Source: an uncultured Dehalococcoidia bacterium
GTDB lineage: Bacteria; Chloroflexota; Dehalococcoidia; Lucifugimonadales; UBA826
DNA: 54,670 nt
NCBI GenBank assembly: GCA_964652755.1
Contig: CAZZBP010000004.1
Location: 1 to 54,670 of the forward strand
Direction: 5' to 3'
The notes under the pieces were generated by a model. The model ran no database searches. It was not told the DNA's origin and was given only the letters and a program-made list of their open reading frames with translations. This document shows positions 1 to 8,617 of the stretch, one piece after another (the stretch's first letter is position 1; the number at the start of each line of letters is the position of its first letter). Made by a program: the position numbers and the translations under genes.

Positions 1-137
1 ATTAACGGTTTCTTTCTACTATTCAGTTGTTAAGGTGCGTCGGGACAAAGTCCCTAAAGAAACCGCGCGCTAAACGCGACGGAAATATATCTTAAACAAG
101 CATTAACTCCGAGTCAACACAAATCTCTGCAGAAAAC

Positions 138-1079
138 TCAGATTCCAACAAGGGGAGAGCCATCTTTTATTTCAGACAATATTTGCCTGACATAGGCAAC
201 GCTTCTCGCATCTTTCGTAATGTGATCGCCGGTTTGAGTGCCCTCAAGGGCAAAATACCCCTCGTATCCCGCGTCCAGCATGGCATGTATTGCAAATCTA
301 TAATCGATATCTCCATCAGGGAGGGGAACTCGAAGGAAATATGTCCTGTCATGTTCTGGAACGTGAACTCTTTGAAGGCTCTTACAATGCCAATATTTTG
401 AGTGTGGGGCTAAAGCTATAATTGCCTGTTCGCTCGACTCTTCAGGCTCATCGTAATGCCACAATATATTTCCAAGGTCAGGATTCGCAAAAACGTGTTG
501 ACTATCAGTCATTTCCAGTAGTTGCAATGTCGACTTGCTGTTGTCTGCAATAGCATGCTGATGCACCTCCACAGTAACATCCGCTCCGATTGCTCCTGCC
601 CTATTACCGGCCTCTCGAAGGATGGAAGCCGTCAGTTCAAAATCTTGGTAGGAGGCAAGCTGGCTTGACCCGGGCTGAATTGCTCGACCAGGACTTATAG
701 GTCCTAAAGTTCTATTTCTCGGAGGGCCTGACAATGCGCTGTTTACGATACCCACTCCTAACCATCCTGCTATCTCAATAGACTTAAACAACCTAGCCTT
801 GTTCTTTTCCCCCTCAATTGGAGTGCAAAGCACACCGCCAGCCCTCATAGAGACACAAGGTGTCCCCGAGTCGTTTAGCACCTTCTGAAGTTCACTTACA
901 GATTGCTTGGTCGCATTATGGCCGCCAAACACCTCAAACCCAAGTTCTATACCATCAAATCCTATTTCTCTCACTTTACCTAGGAAGTTTGTGAGAGCCG
1001 GTTCCGGTTGTAGATTCCATCCTTCCTTCGCTTCATGAGGATAGACTGTACTTCTTCTGAACGCATACGCAATCTTCAC
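138..1079 (-). CDS. Sugar phosphate isomerase/epimerase, xylose-isomerase-like TIM barrel
   Basis: 313 aa ORF. Pattern of G(F)DGIEL, an internal E...H, and a C-terminal 'GYFALEG' is typical of AP-endonuclease-2/xylose-isomerase-like TIM barrels. Family assigned by eye only. Confidence 0.55.
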   Translation of the reverse strand: MKIAYAFRRSTVYPHEAKEGWNLQPEPALTNFLGKVREIGFDGIELGFEVFGGHNATKQSVSELQKVLNDSGTPCVSMRAGGVLCTPIEGEKNKARLFKSIEIAGWLGVGIVNSALSGPPRNRTLGPISPGRAIQPGSSQLASYQDFELTASILREAGNRAGAIGADVTVEVHQHAIADNSKSTLQLLEMTDSQHVFANPDLGNILWHYDEPEESSEQAIIALAPHSKYWHCKSLQRVHVPEHDRTYFLRVPLPDGDIDYRFAIHAMLDAGYEGYFALEGTQTGDHITKDARSVAYVRQILSEIKDGSPLVGI

Positions 1080-1128
1080 TACTTGCTCCTTTTTTCAAAC
1101 ATTGGAGTGAACAAAATACCACCTTGTT

Positions 1129-2349
1129 TCAAACAGCTTTCAATCCAAACGATTCTTGAGCGATATCAACGATGTACCTGCTAATTGAAAGAGATGATGT
1201 TGCTCCTGGCGAAGGTGCGTTCAGAACATGAATCGCATTCTCCGTTTCAGCTATGCTGAAGTCCTGAAGCAACTGGCCTTTTGTATCCACGGCTTGGGCT
1301 CTTACCCCAGCCCCAGGCTCTCCAAGGTCTTCACCTGTTATTTCAGGCATAAGTGTTTGTAAGGATTTCACAAACACTCCCTTTAAGACTGAGCGGTATT
1401 GTTCATTAAATCCCACTTTCCAGTATTTAGCTGACATCTTCCAGAAACCAGGATAAGCAAGTGTGCCGAACGTATCTTTAAAGTTGAAACTGGTTTTCGA
1501 GTACCCCTCTTTGGCCAAGGCAAATACCGCATTGGGACCCGCTTCTACAGATCCATTTGTACGGCGAGTAAAGTGAACACCCAGGAATGGGAGGCTTGGA
1601 TCCGGTACAGGGTAAATTAGGCCCTTAACCATGTGAGCCTTTTCAGGAACAATTGAAAAGTATTCCCCTCTGAATGGGATAATTCTTACACCGATATCAA
1701 CCCCCATCATTTTCGCGATTGTGTCAGCATGTAGTCCTGCACAGTTGACTAAGTTCTTTGCTGAAATTGTTCCTGCTGTTGTCTCTAAATATATTAATCC
1801 GTCACGCCTTGCTATTGATTCCACCTTACCCCCTGTAATGAGATCCCCACCGGTTTCTCCAAAGTTCCTCGCGTAAGCGCGGGACACTTCCTTGAAATCG
1901 ATGATCCCAGTATTAGGCGAAAATATGGCTTTTACACCAGCAGAGTAAGGTTCAATGTCTGTTATTTCGTCTCCATCAACCATTCGAAGGCCCTCTGCTC
2001 CATTTTCCGTTCCGCGTCTGAGGAGGTCCTCAAGTCTTGGTATTTCATCGTCGTCAATGGCTACTATCAGCTTGCCACACATTTCATAGCCAATGTTCTG
2101 TTGGTCACAAAATTCACGGAGAAGTTTCCCACCGGTGGAACAAAAATTGGCCTTTTGAGATCCCGGAGCATAGTAGATGCCGGCATGAATAACACCACTG
2201 TTATGACCAGTCTGGTGGATAGCTACTTCTTCCTCTTTTTCAAGAACCACAACTTTAAGACTTGGAAATTCCTGACTGACTCTCATTGCTGTAGCAAGGC
2301 CTACTATCCCTCCACCAATTACTGCGAGGTCGTAATTTCCATCCAACAT
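1129..2349 (-). CDS. lhgO: L-2-hydroxyglutarate oxidase/dehydrogenase (FAD-dependent)
   Basis: 406 aa. N-terminal FAD fold 'DLAVIGGGIVGLATA', then 'HQTGHNSGVIHAGIYYAPGS.KA.FC', 'PFRGEYF', 'PFLGVHFTR', 'GVRAQAV' and 'NAPSPGATSS'. It appears collinear with E. coli LhgO/YgaF as I recall it. Confidence 0.8.
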   Translation of the reverse strand: MLDGNYDLAVIGGGIVGLATAMRVSQEFPSLKVVVLEKEEEVAIHQTGHNSGVIHAGIYYAPGSQKANFCSTGGKLLREFCDQQNIGYEMCGKLIVAIDDDEIPRLEDLLRRGTENGAEGLRMVDGDEITDIEPYSAGVKAIFSPNTGIIDFKEVSRAYARNFGETGGDLITGGKVESIARRDGLIYLETTAGTISAKNLVNCAGLHADTIAKMMGVDIGVRIIPFRGEYFSIVPEKAHMVKGLIYPVPDPSLPFLGVHFTRRTNGSVEAGPNAVFALAKEGYSKTSFNFKDTFGTLAYPGFWKMSAKYWKVGFNEQYRSVLKGVFVKSLQTLMPEITGEDLGEPGAGVRAQAVDTKGQLLQDFSIAETENAIHVLNAPSPGATSSLSISRYIVDIAQESFGLKAV

Positions 2350-2553
2350 ATTTCCACCATAAACCGCAAGTACATTTGATATCAGAATCTTATCGGACTA
2401 CACAAACCATCAGTCCGATAGTCGGAGCGATTCTAGCACGTAAAATTAGAGCATTTTAATGATCTTGTAGATAATTATGATTTAATTGATCTGATATGGT
2501 TCAGTCGTATTATGGCAAATAAGATCGCTTGCCCGTAAGGAGCTTTTAAACCG

Positions 2554-3528
2554 ATGACAAGGCAGAATTGGCCGGAGCTAAAAGACGTGCTAGCGGCGAG
2601 ACAGCGCATCTCGCAATACATCTCCAGAACACCCCTATACAGGCACATAGCGTTAGATAAATTCGTGGGAGCGGAAATTTACGTAAAACACGAAAACCAT
2701 CAGATACTGGGGGCATTCAAAGTAAGAGGAGGAGTGAACCTAGTTTCGCAGATGTCTCGAGAGGAACTCGATCGAGGTTTATCTACTGCTTCAAGTGGAA
2801 ACCACGGACAATCTATCGCCTATGCAGCCAGACTTTTCGGCGCCAACGCTCATATTGCTGTCCCCGAGGGGGCGAATCCCGGGAAAGTGGATTCAATGAG
2901 AAACCTCGGAGCCGAGGTAATGCATTATGGCACTCATTTCGGGGCTGCGAACGATTATATTCAAGAATTATCTAGGGAAAAAGGGTACAGATACGTTCAT
3001 GCTGTCCAAGATACCACCCTCTATGCAGGTGTCGGGACATATACTTTGGAAATAATGGAAGACCTACCTGAACTGGATACGATAATAGTTCCAGTCGGAG
3101 GAGGTAGCGGAGCTTGTTCAACAGCCATAGTTGCCAAATCAATTCGTCCCGATGTAGAGGTCATCGGAGTGCAAGCTTCGTCCGCGCCCGCCGTCTACAA
3201 CTCATGGAAGTCAGGGAAACTTCAAACTTCGCCGATGGAGAGTATTGCGGAAGGACTGGCGACAAACTCTGCATACGAACCCGCCCTTTCGATTCTAAAG
3301 GACAAGTTGGATGACTTCGTTCTTGTCTCGGATGAAGAAATGGAAGATGCTGTCCTGAAGTATCTGCAACATACTAGAAATTTAGTGGAACATGCGGGAG
3401 CAGCAAGTCTGGCGGGTGCTATGAAAATCGGTGGAAATCTTGCCGAGAAAAAAGTCGTACTTGTAGCTAGCGGCGGAAACCTGTCTATGGGACATTTAGT
3501 CAGGGCCTTGGAAAGATTCAAAGACTAA
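2554..3528 (+). CDS. PLP-dependent threonine/serine dehydratase (fold type II)
   Basis: 324 aa. PLP-lysine motif 'GAFKVRGG', 'SSGNHGQS', and glycine loop 'PVGGGSGA'. SD-like 'AAGGAG' lies upstream of the ATG. Confidence 0.75.
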   Translation: MTRQNWPELKDVLAARQRISQYISRTPLYRHIALDKFVGAEIYVKHENHQILGAFKVRGGVNLVSQMSREELDRGLSTASSGNHGQSIAYAARLFGANAHIAVPEGANPGKVDSMRNLGAEVMHYGTHFGAANDYIQELSREKGYRYVHAVQDTTLYAGVGTYTLEIMEDLPELDTIIVPVGGGSGACSTAIVAKSIRPDVEVIGVQASSAPAVYNSWKSGKLQTSPMESIAEGLATNSAYEPALSILKDKLDDFVLVSDEEMEDAVLKYLQHTRNLVEHAGAASLAGAMKIGGNLAEKKVVLVASGGNLSMGHLVRALERFKD

Positions 3529-3532
3529 TGCT

Positions 3533-4183
3533 ATGACCAACATAACTGAATCATCAAAGGGGTCTGATCTATTTCCAGAATTCGAAAATCTCTTCGAACT
3601 CATCAAACTTGAAGTAGACGGGCTAAGTGAACGGCAGCTCGATTATACCTCTACCAAGTGGACCTGGTCAGAGTGGAGCATCAGAAACCAGCTGAGCCAT
3701 ATGGCATCGTTAATTCCTCGCTGGTTAGTCGTCAGGTGGGGTAACGAGCTGTTTCCTCAAGGCAACCATGGAATCCCAGACCTAGACTCCATAACGAACT
3801 CGCCTTCCGACCGTAGATTAGACGACCAAATATACTGGGAAAAAGATAAGATACTGGGCTCCCTTAATCAATACCTTGTATTAGCCTGCGATGTTTTAAA
3901 AGAAAGAAATGTAGGGTACCTCAGGAATCGTGTCATAAATAGGAACGCCACACCTCAGTGGAAGTCAATGTCGCGAGCACACCACACGGGAATTACCGCA
4001 GACGGCGACCCCGCCTCGGGTACCATGACACTAGAGGCTACTTTCCGTCATATTTACTTTGAAGAGATAACCCACCTGTACAATATTCAGCGGCTCAAGA
4101 AAGCACAGGACCTCCTACCGTCAGTGAATGTACCGAAGGTTGGTTACTGGATGCTTGATGACTGGGACAGAAGCGAACCTTAG
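3533..4183 (+). CDS. Hypothetical protein, possibly a DinB/YfiT-like helical bundle
   Basis: 216 aa ORF packed 4 nt after the preceding stop. 'W.WSEWSIRNQLSHM' and a later 'HIYFEEITH' resemble the His-containing helices of DinB-family proteins. Assignment is weak. Confidence 0.45.
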   Translation: MTNITESSKGSDLFPEFENLFELIKLEVDGLSERQLDYTSTKWTWSEWSIRNQLSHMASLIPRWLVVRWGNELFPQGNHGIPDLDSITNSPSDRRLDDQIYWEKDKILGSLNQYLVLACDVLKERNVGYLRNRVINRNATPQWKSMSRAHHTGITADGDPASGTMTLEATFRHIYFEEITHLYNIQRLKKAQDLLPSVNVPKVGYWMLDDWDRSEP

Positions 4184-4188
4184 ATCAA

Positions 4189-5304
4189 TTAAGCCTTACC
4201 AAGCAGGCGATTTCTATACTCCTCAGTTACTTCGTTGATCGCCCTTGATGGTAGTGGCGAATCGTGCCTCGTAGAAACACTGCGTGCAGCTGACTCTATA
4301 AGTCGAACTCCACCACCAAAATCTTGCAGCGAAATATATTCTTCCCCGACTTCACCTTTCTCGTCCATAATTGATGTAGTCGCGTTGTGCCAGTTACCTA
4401 GGGCAAAGGCAATACCCGTTGTGCGATACCCGTTAACGGCAAATGCACTAGCTTCGCACGAACCCGCACTCATTAGTTGGCGCTGACATTTGAATTCTGA
4501 ATCTTCTTTTAGAATCTTTTCCCGACCCATTATCAGGATTTGTTCAGCTTCTGCATAAAAAGAATAAGTAGCATCAACTGTCCGTATAATCGGTCCGCTC
4601 CCTTGTATTACCCCAGGTATAAGTGAACTGGTTTCAACGGAAACAACAAAAGTATTTTCCGGCAGGGTTTTCTCTCCAGATAACAACCTAGCACCAATCA
4701 GTCCTACTTCTTCTGCCCGCGTGAAAACGCCATATACATCACTCTCTGGAGGGTCCGCAGATATCGATTCAAGGGAGGCCAAAATAGCCGCACACCCACC
4801 CAGATCATCTAGGGCTCTCATCTTTATTGTGCCGTTCTCTACTACCATGTCAGGTAAATCAAACACTATCGGGGTTCCGATACCCAGTGACGTTTTCGAT
4901 CGGACATAAACACTCCGCTCTCCCAGATCTGTCATCGGTTCCAACGTGCAAGGGACACGTGTGCCATTACTATCGAAAGAAAAGGCGTCTACGTTCTTTC
5001 TCAAGGCAGCTACAGGCACTCCTCCAAGCGCGCCGGCAACCACAGTACCATCTAAGTCTTCGATTACTTCGAATCCTGGGTGGTCCATATGTGCCACAAA
5101 AGCGATCGGGGGTTCTAAAGTATTACTTCCAGGCACCTTGGCTATTACATTCCCATAGTCGTCTAAGATGAATGGGATATCCATAGTGGTCAAGATACTT
5201 TCTATCCGGATCGATACCAATCGCTCATAGAATGATGTCGCTGGATTTTCGCCAAGTGACCGAAGAATCTGGATAGCCCTACTAGTGCTCTGCGTTGTAT
5301 TCAC
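4189..5304 (-). CDS. M42 family metallopeptidase (FrvX / glutamyl aminopeptidase-like)
   Basis: 371 aa. Has 'FVAHMDHPGF', 'ALDDLGGCAA' and 'FTRAEEVGLIGA', the metal-ligand motifs of M42 peptidases. Confidence 0.7.
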   Translation of the reverse strand: MNTTQSTSRAIQILRSLGENPATSFYERLVSIRIESILTTMDIPFILDDYGNVIAKVPGSNTLEPPIAFVAHMDHPGFEVIEDLDGTVVAGALGGVPVAALRKNVDAFSFDSNGTRVPCTLEPMTDLGERSVYVRSKTSLGIGTPIVFDLPDMVVENGTIKMRALDDLGGCAAILASLESISADPPESDVYGVFTRAEEVGLIGARLLSGEKTLPENTFVVSVETSSLIPGVIQGSGPIIRTVDATYSFYAEAEQILIMGREKILKEDSEFKCQRQLMSAGSCEASAFAVNGYRTTGIAFALGNWHNATTSIMDEKGEVGEEYISLQDFGGGVRLIESAARSVSTRHDSPLPSRAINEVTEEYRNRLLGKA

Positions 5305-5470
5305 GTTTCTGCCTTGCCTAATGAAAATTTCATACTATCCTTGAGATGAAAATATCTCTGTCATATACTGCCACAAGCATCCCGTTACAAGCCATGGAAC
5401 ATCATCACAATGTAACTGAATCCGGCTTCGACGACATCTAAACTTACAACCCAGAGTATCATGAGGCGAC

Positions 5471-6550
5471 ATGGAGCTCGGCTATTTCACAATGCCCCTT
5501 CATCCACCAGGCTCTAACATTACACAGACACTCGACGATGACCTAGACCAGATAGTGACTTTGGATAGGCTTGGATATCGAGAGGCATGGATAGGAGAGC
5601 ACTTCACTGCGCAGTGGGAGAATATACCCGCGCCCGATCTGTTCATCGCCAAAGCGATCGCATTAACTAAAAATATAATTCTTGGAACCGGTGTTACATG
5701 CATGCCCAATCATAACCCGTTTATGATCGCTCACCGGATAGCACAGTTAGACCACCTCGCACATGGCAGATTCCAATGGGGAGTAGGATCCGGAGGTTTC
5801 CCTGGTGACTTCGAAGTGTTCGGTTTTGACCCACAGGAAGACAACCATAGACAAATGGCCAGAGAAGCCGTAGAACTGGTCTTACAAATATGGGAAGACC
5901 CGAAACCTGGCAGGTATAAAAACGACTTCTGGGATTTCACTATCCCGGAACCTGATGAGGAGGTGGGGCTCAGATTTCATCTCACTCCATATCAAAAACC
6001 ACACCCGCCAATCGGAGTCGCAGGCGTCTCTCCGAAATCAGACACCTTGTCACTTGCAGGAGCGAATGGTTGGATACCTATGAGCATAAATCTCGTCCCC
6101 GGCAACACTTTAAAGGGACACTGGGAAGCAGTGGAAGCAGGAGCGCAAAATACGGTGAATGAACCCGACAGAAGTCAATGGCGTATCGCTAGGGAGGTCT
6201 TCGTGGGTGAAACCAACGAGGAGGCGAGAGAAGAAGCCCTAAACGGCATATTGAGAAGAGATTTCGACAACTATTTCCACAAGCTAATGACTAAATTAGG
6301 AATGCTCGGGTTATACAAAAAGGATCAGGACATGCCAGACATTGACGTAACTCCGGAATATGTGATGGAAAATGTCTGGATTGTTGGAGACCCGGATGAA
6401 GTCGAGGGAAAGCTCCGATCACTTCATGAGGAAGTAGGTGGCTTCGGCGTACTTCTAGCTATGGGTCATGAGTGGTCACCGGTCGATAAATGGCAGCGAT
6501 CAATGACCCTACTTGCCAAGGAAGTCATGCCCAAATTAGCAGATTTATAA
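5471..6550 (+). CDS. LLM-class (luciferase-like) flavin-dependent oxidoreductase, paralogue 1
   Basis: 359 aa. Has 'LDRLGYREAWIGEHF' and 'RFQWGVGSGG', with the overall luciferase-like TIM-barrel pattern. Confidence 0.75.
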   Translation: MELGYFTMPLHPPGSNITQTLDDDLDQIVTLDRLGYREAWIGEHFTAQWENIPAPDLFIAKAIALTKNIILGTGVTCMPNHNPFMIAHRIAQLDHLAHGRFQWGVGSGGFPGDFEVFGFDPQEDNHRQMAREAVELVLQIWEDPKPGRYKNDFWDFTIPEPDEEVGLRFHLTPYQKPHPPIGVAGVSPKSDTLSLAGANGWIPMSINLVPGNTLKGHWEAVEAGAQNTVNEPDRSQWRIAREVFVGETNEEAREEALNGILRRDFDNYFHKLMTKLGMLGLYKKDQDMPDIDVTPEYVMENVWIVGDPDEVEGKLRSLHEEVGGFGVLLAMGHEWSPVDKWQRSMTLLAKEVMPKLADL

Positions 6551-6555
6551 GCGTC

Positions 6556-8544
6556 ATGGGTGAACTAGTTCTTGCGAATCTAGGTCGTCGTCTCACGTTG
6601 TGCGAGCTCATTGGAAAAACCCCTGACACCAGACGGGAAATACTTAAGATTGGCAGAAATAAAGAAGCAAAAATCCCACCTGACAAGATAATTCACCGAA
6701 CTGGTCTTAATATAGCTTCTTTCGAAGATATAGTTTCCTTTTCAAATAAGTGTAATCAGATCGCCTCTACCCTGAATATCTCAGAGGCTTGGGAATTGCT
6801 GCTAGGCGAAGAAAGGCTCTTGAGTGCGGAAGAAATCGCCAATTCTTGCAACGATCATCGTGTATATCCGGAATATATAGTGGCTGTGCATCTGAATATT
6901 AACTCAGACCCCATTTACTTTGAACAAGATAACCACGGGTTCAGAGCCAGAAGTTCTGCTCAAGTAAAGGAGACATTAATAAGGAGAGAAAGATCGGCCA
7001 AAATAGAGCGAGAGGAAACGGATCTTCTGACAGCATTGGAGAAAGGTCTCGTACCAAAATCTTTAACTCAACACCAGATGGAGTCGCTTAACCATATGCG
7101 GGAATTCGCTGTTCATGGTAACGAATACAGGCGAAGCGTACGTGCACAGGAACTGTTAAAGCAATCCGCAACAGGCAACGTTTCACAACTTCAAAGACAT
7201 ACGTTCGAAATCCTTGTGAAGGCCGGGATTTTAGTAGAAGACGACCCGCTAGAGATTGAAAGGGCCGGAATTCCAACCGTTTTCAGCAAACCTGTTATGC
7301 AAGAAGTTAAAAGCTCCATTCACCAAAATGATTTGATGCTGAACTTAACAGCAATCCCGACTTTTACAATCGACGACGATGGAACATTGGACAGGGACGA
7401 TGCGTTCTCTTTAGAAAATGGAAGTCTCTGGATCCATGTAACAGACATGACCGAGTTAGTTCCGGAAGGGGGTGAAATAGATAGAGAGGCCAGTAAGAGA
7501 ATGGCTACACTCTATACGCCCGATGTTGTGATTCCCATGCTACCCCGTGAATTGTCTGAAGAGTTGGGAAGTCTTAAGCCAAACACTGTTCGGCATTGTC
7601 TCTCACTAAAGCTTGATAAAGAATCTGATGGTTCTATTTCAAATTGGAGTTTTCACAGAACTATAGTGAGAAGCAATAAAGCGATAAGTTACGAAGAAGC
7701 TGACAGAATTCTATCTAATCCTGAACACTGCTTATATCAATTGCTAGTAGAAGTACTTTCACTTACCACTTATTCCCTTGGTGAACGATCTAGGAAGGGA
7801 GCGTTCACACTTAACAGAACTGAGATGAAAGTTAGACCCAGTAATGCCGGCAACATAGAGGTTAAAGTTTCCGCAAGAGATTCGGCATCTCGGACAATGA
7901 TAGCCGAGCTTATGATCCTCTATAACAGCCTAGTAGCAGAATACTGCCATGCTAACGGTCTTCCCGCCACATACAGAATTCAGGCACCTCCGGTGGCAGA
8001 ATTCCCCGATAGTTTTCCAGACGGTCCATTAGGATGGTATATCGCAGGTACCATGCTGAGAGGAGCAACACTATCAACCATACCCGGAGCTCATTCTAGT
8101 CTAGGCGTGGAGAAATATACGCAGGCGAGCTCTCCGATCAGAAGATATATAGACATGCATCTACAACGACAGCTGGTTCATTTTATCGAAACTGGTCAGA
8201 GAAAGTATTCAGAACCGGAAATGACCTCCGTAGGCGGAAGAGGGGATTCACAAGTGAGGGAGTTAGCTAGGATAGAGGCCCAAAGAACAAGATACTGGTT
8301 CCTAAAATACTTGCGAACAAGCTATCTGGAAGCCAACGAAAACTCCACATTGAAAGCAATCGCTCTTGAAAACAGTGGCGAAAGACAAGATATGTTTGAG
8401 CTATTCAGTTATCCATTCAGGGCCAGATGCACGATCCCTGAATCAGTGAACCCTGGGGAATTAATCAATGTGAGGCTCACAGGGATTGACCTCTGGCATC
8501 GATACGCCCAGTTCACTTACATGAACCTAGTCGAAACTCAATAG
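6556..8544 (+). CDS. RNB-domain 3'-5' exoribonuclease (RNase II/R family)
   Basis: RNB catalytic motifs 'FTIDDDGTLDRDDAFS' and 'SSPIRRYIDMHLQRQL'. Start set to the ATG at 6556, 6 nt after the upstream stop. The tracked start at 6490 would overlap the LLM gene by 61 nt. Confidence 0.7.
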   Translation: MGELVLANLGRRLTLCELIGKTPDTRREILKIGRNKEAKIPPDKIIHRTGLNIASFEDIVSFSNKCNQIASTLNISEAWELLLGEERLLSAEEIANSCNDHRVYPEYIVAVHLNINSDPIYFEQDNHGFRARSSAQVKETLIRRERSAKIEREETDLLTALEKGLVPKSLTQHQMESLNHMREFAVHGNEYRRSVRAQELLKQSATGNVSQLQRHTFEILVKAGILVEDDPLEIERAGIPTVFSKPVMQEVKSSIHQNDLMLNLTAIPTFTIDDDGTLDRDDAFSLENGSLWIHVTDMTELVPEGGEIDREASKRMATLYTPDVVIPMLPRELSEELGSLKPNTVRHCLSLKLDKESDGSISNWSFHRTIVRSNKAISYEEADRILSNPEHCLYQLLVEVLSLTTYSLGERSRKGAFTLNRTEMKVRPSNAGNIEVKVSARDSASRTMIAELMILYNSLVAEYCHANGLPATYRIQAPPVAEFPDSFPDGPLGWYIAGTMLRGATLSTIPGAHSSLGVEKYTQASSPIRRYIDMHLQRQLVHFIETGQRKYSEPEMTSVGGRGDSQVRELARIEAQRTRYWFLKYLRTSYLEANENSTLKAIALENSGERQDMFELFSYPFRARCTIPESVNPGELINVRLTGIDLWHRYAQFTYMNLVETQ

Positions 8545-8617
8545 CAAGGCGATTTCTACATCCTTTAAAGGTTTTTCTTTTTAGCGGAACATCCCTAGCA
8601 TCTGGTCATATGTACCT

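Noticed and set aside
6490-6555. Upstream extension of the RNB-domain ORF
   Set aside because: It would overlap the LLM oxidoreductase by 61 nt. The ATG at 6556 follows the upstream stop by 6 nt and gives a sensible N-terminus.
8545-8617. Possible bidirectional terminator between the convergent RNB and S8 peptidase genes (CCTTTAAAGG followed by a T-run)
   Set aside because: The palindrome gives only a 4 bp stem with a 2 nt loop. That is too weak to call a terminator with confidence.
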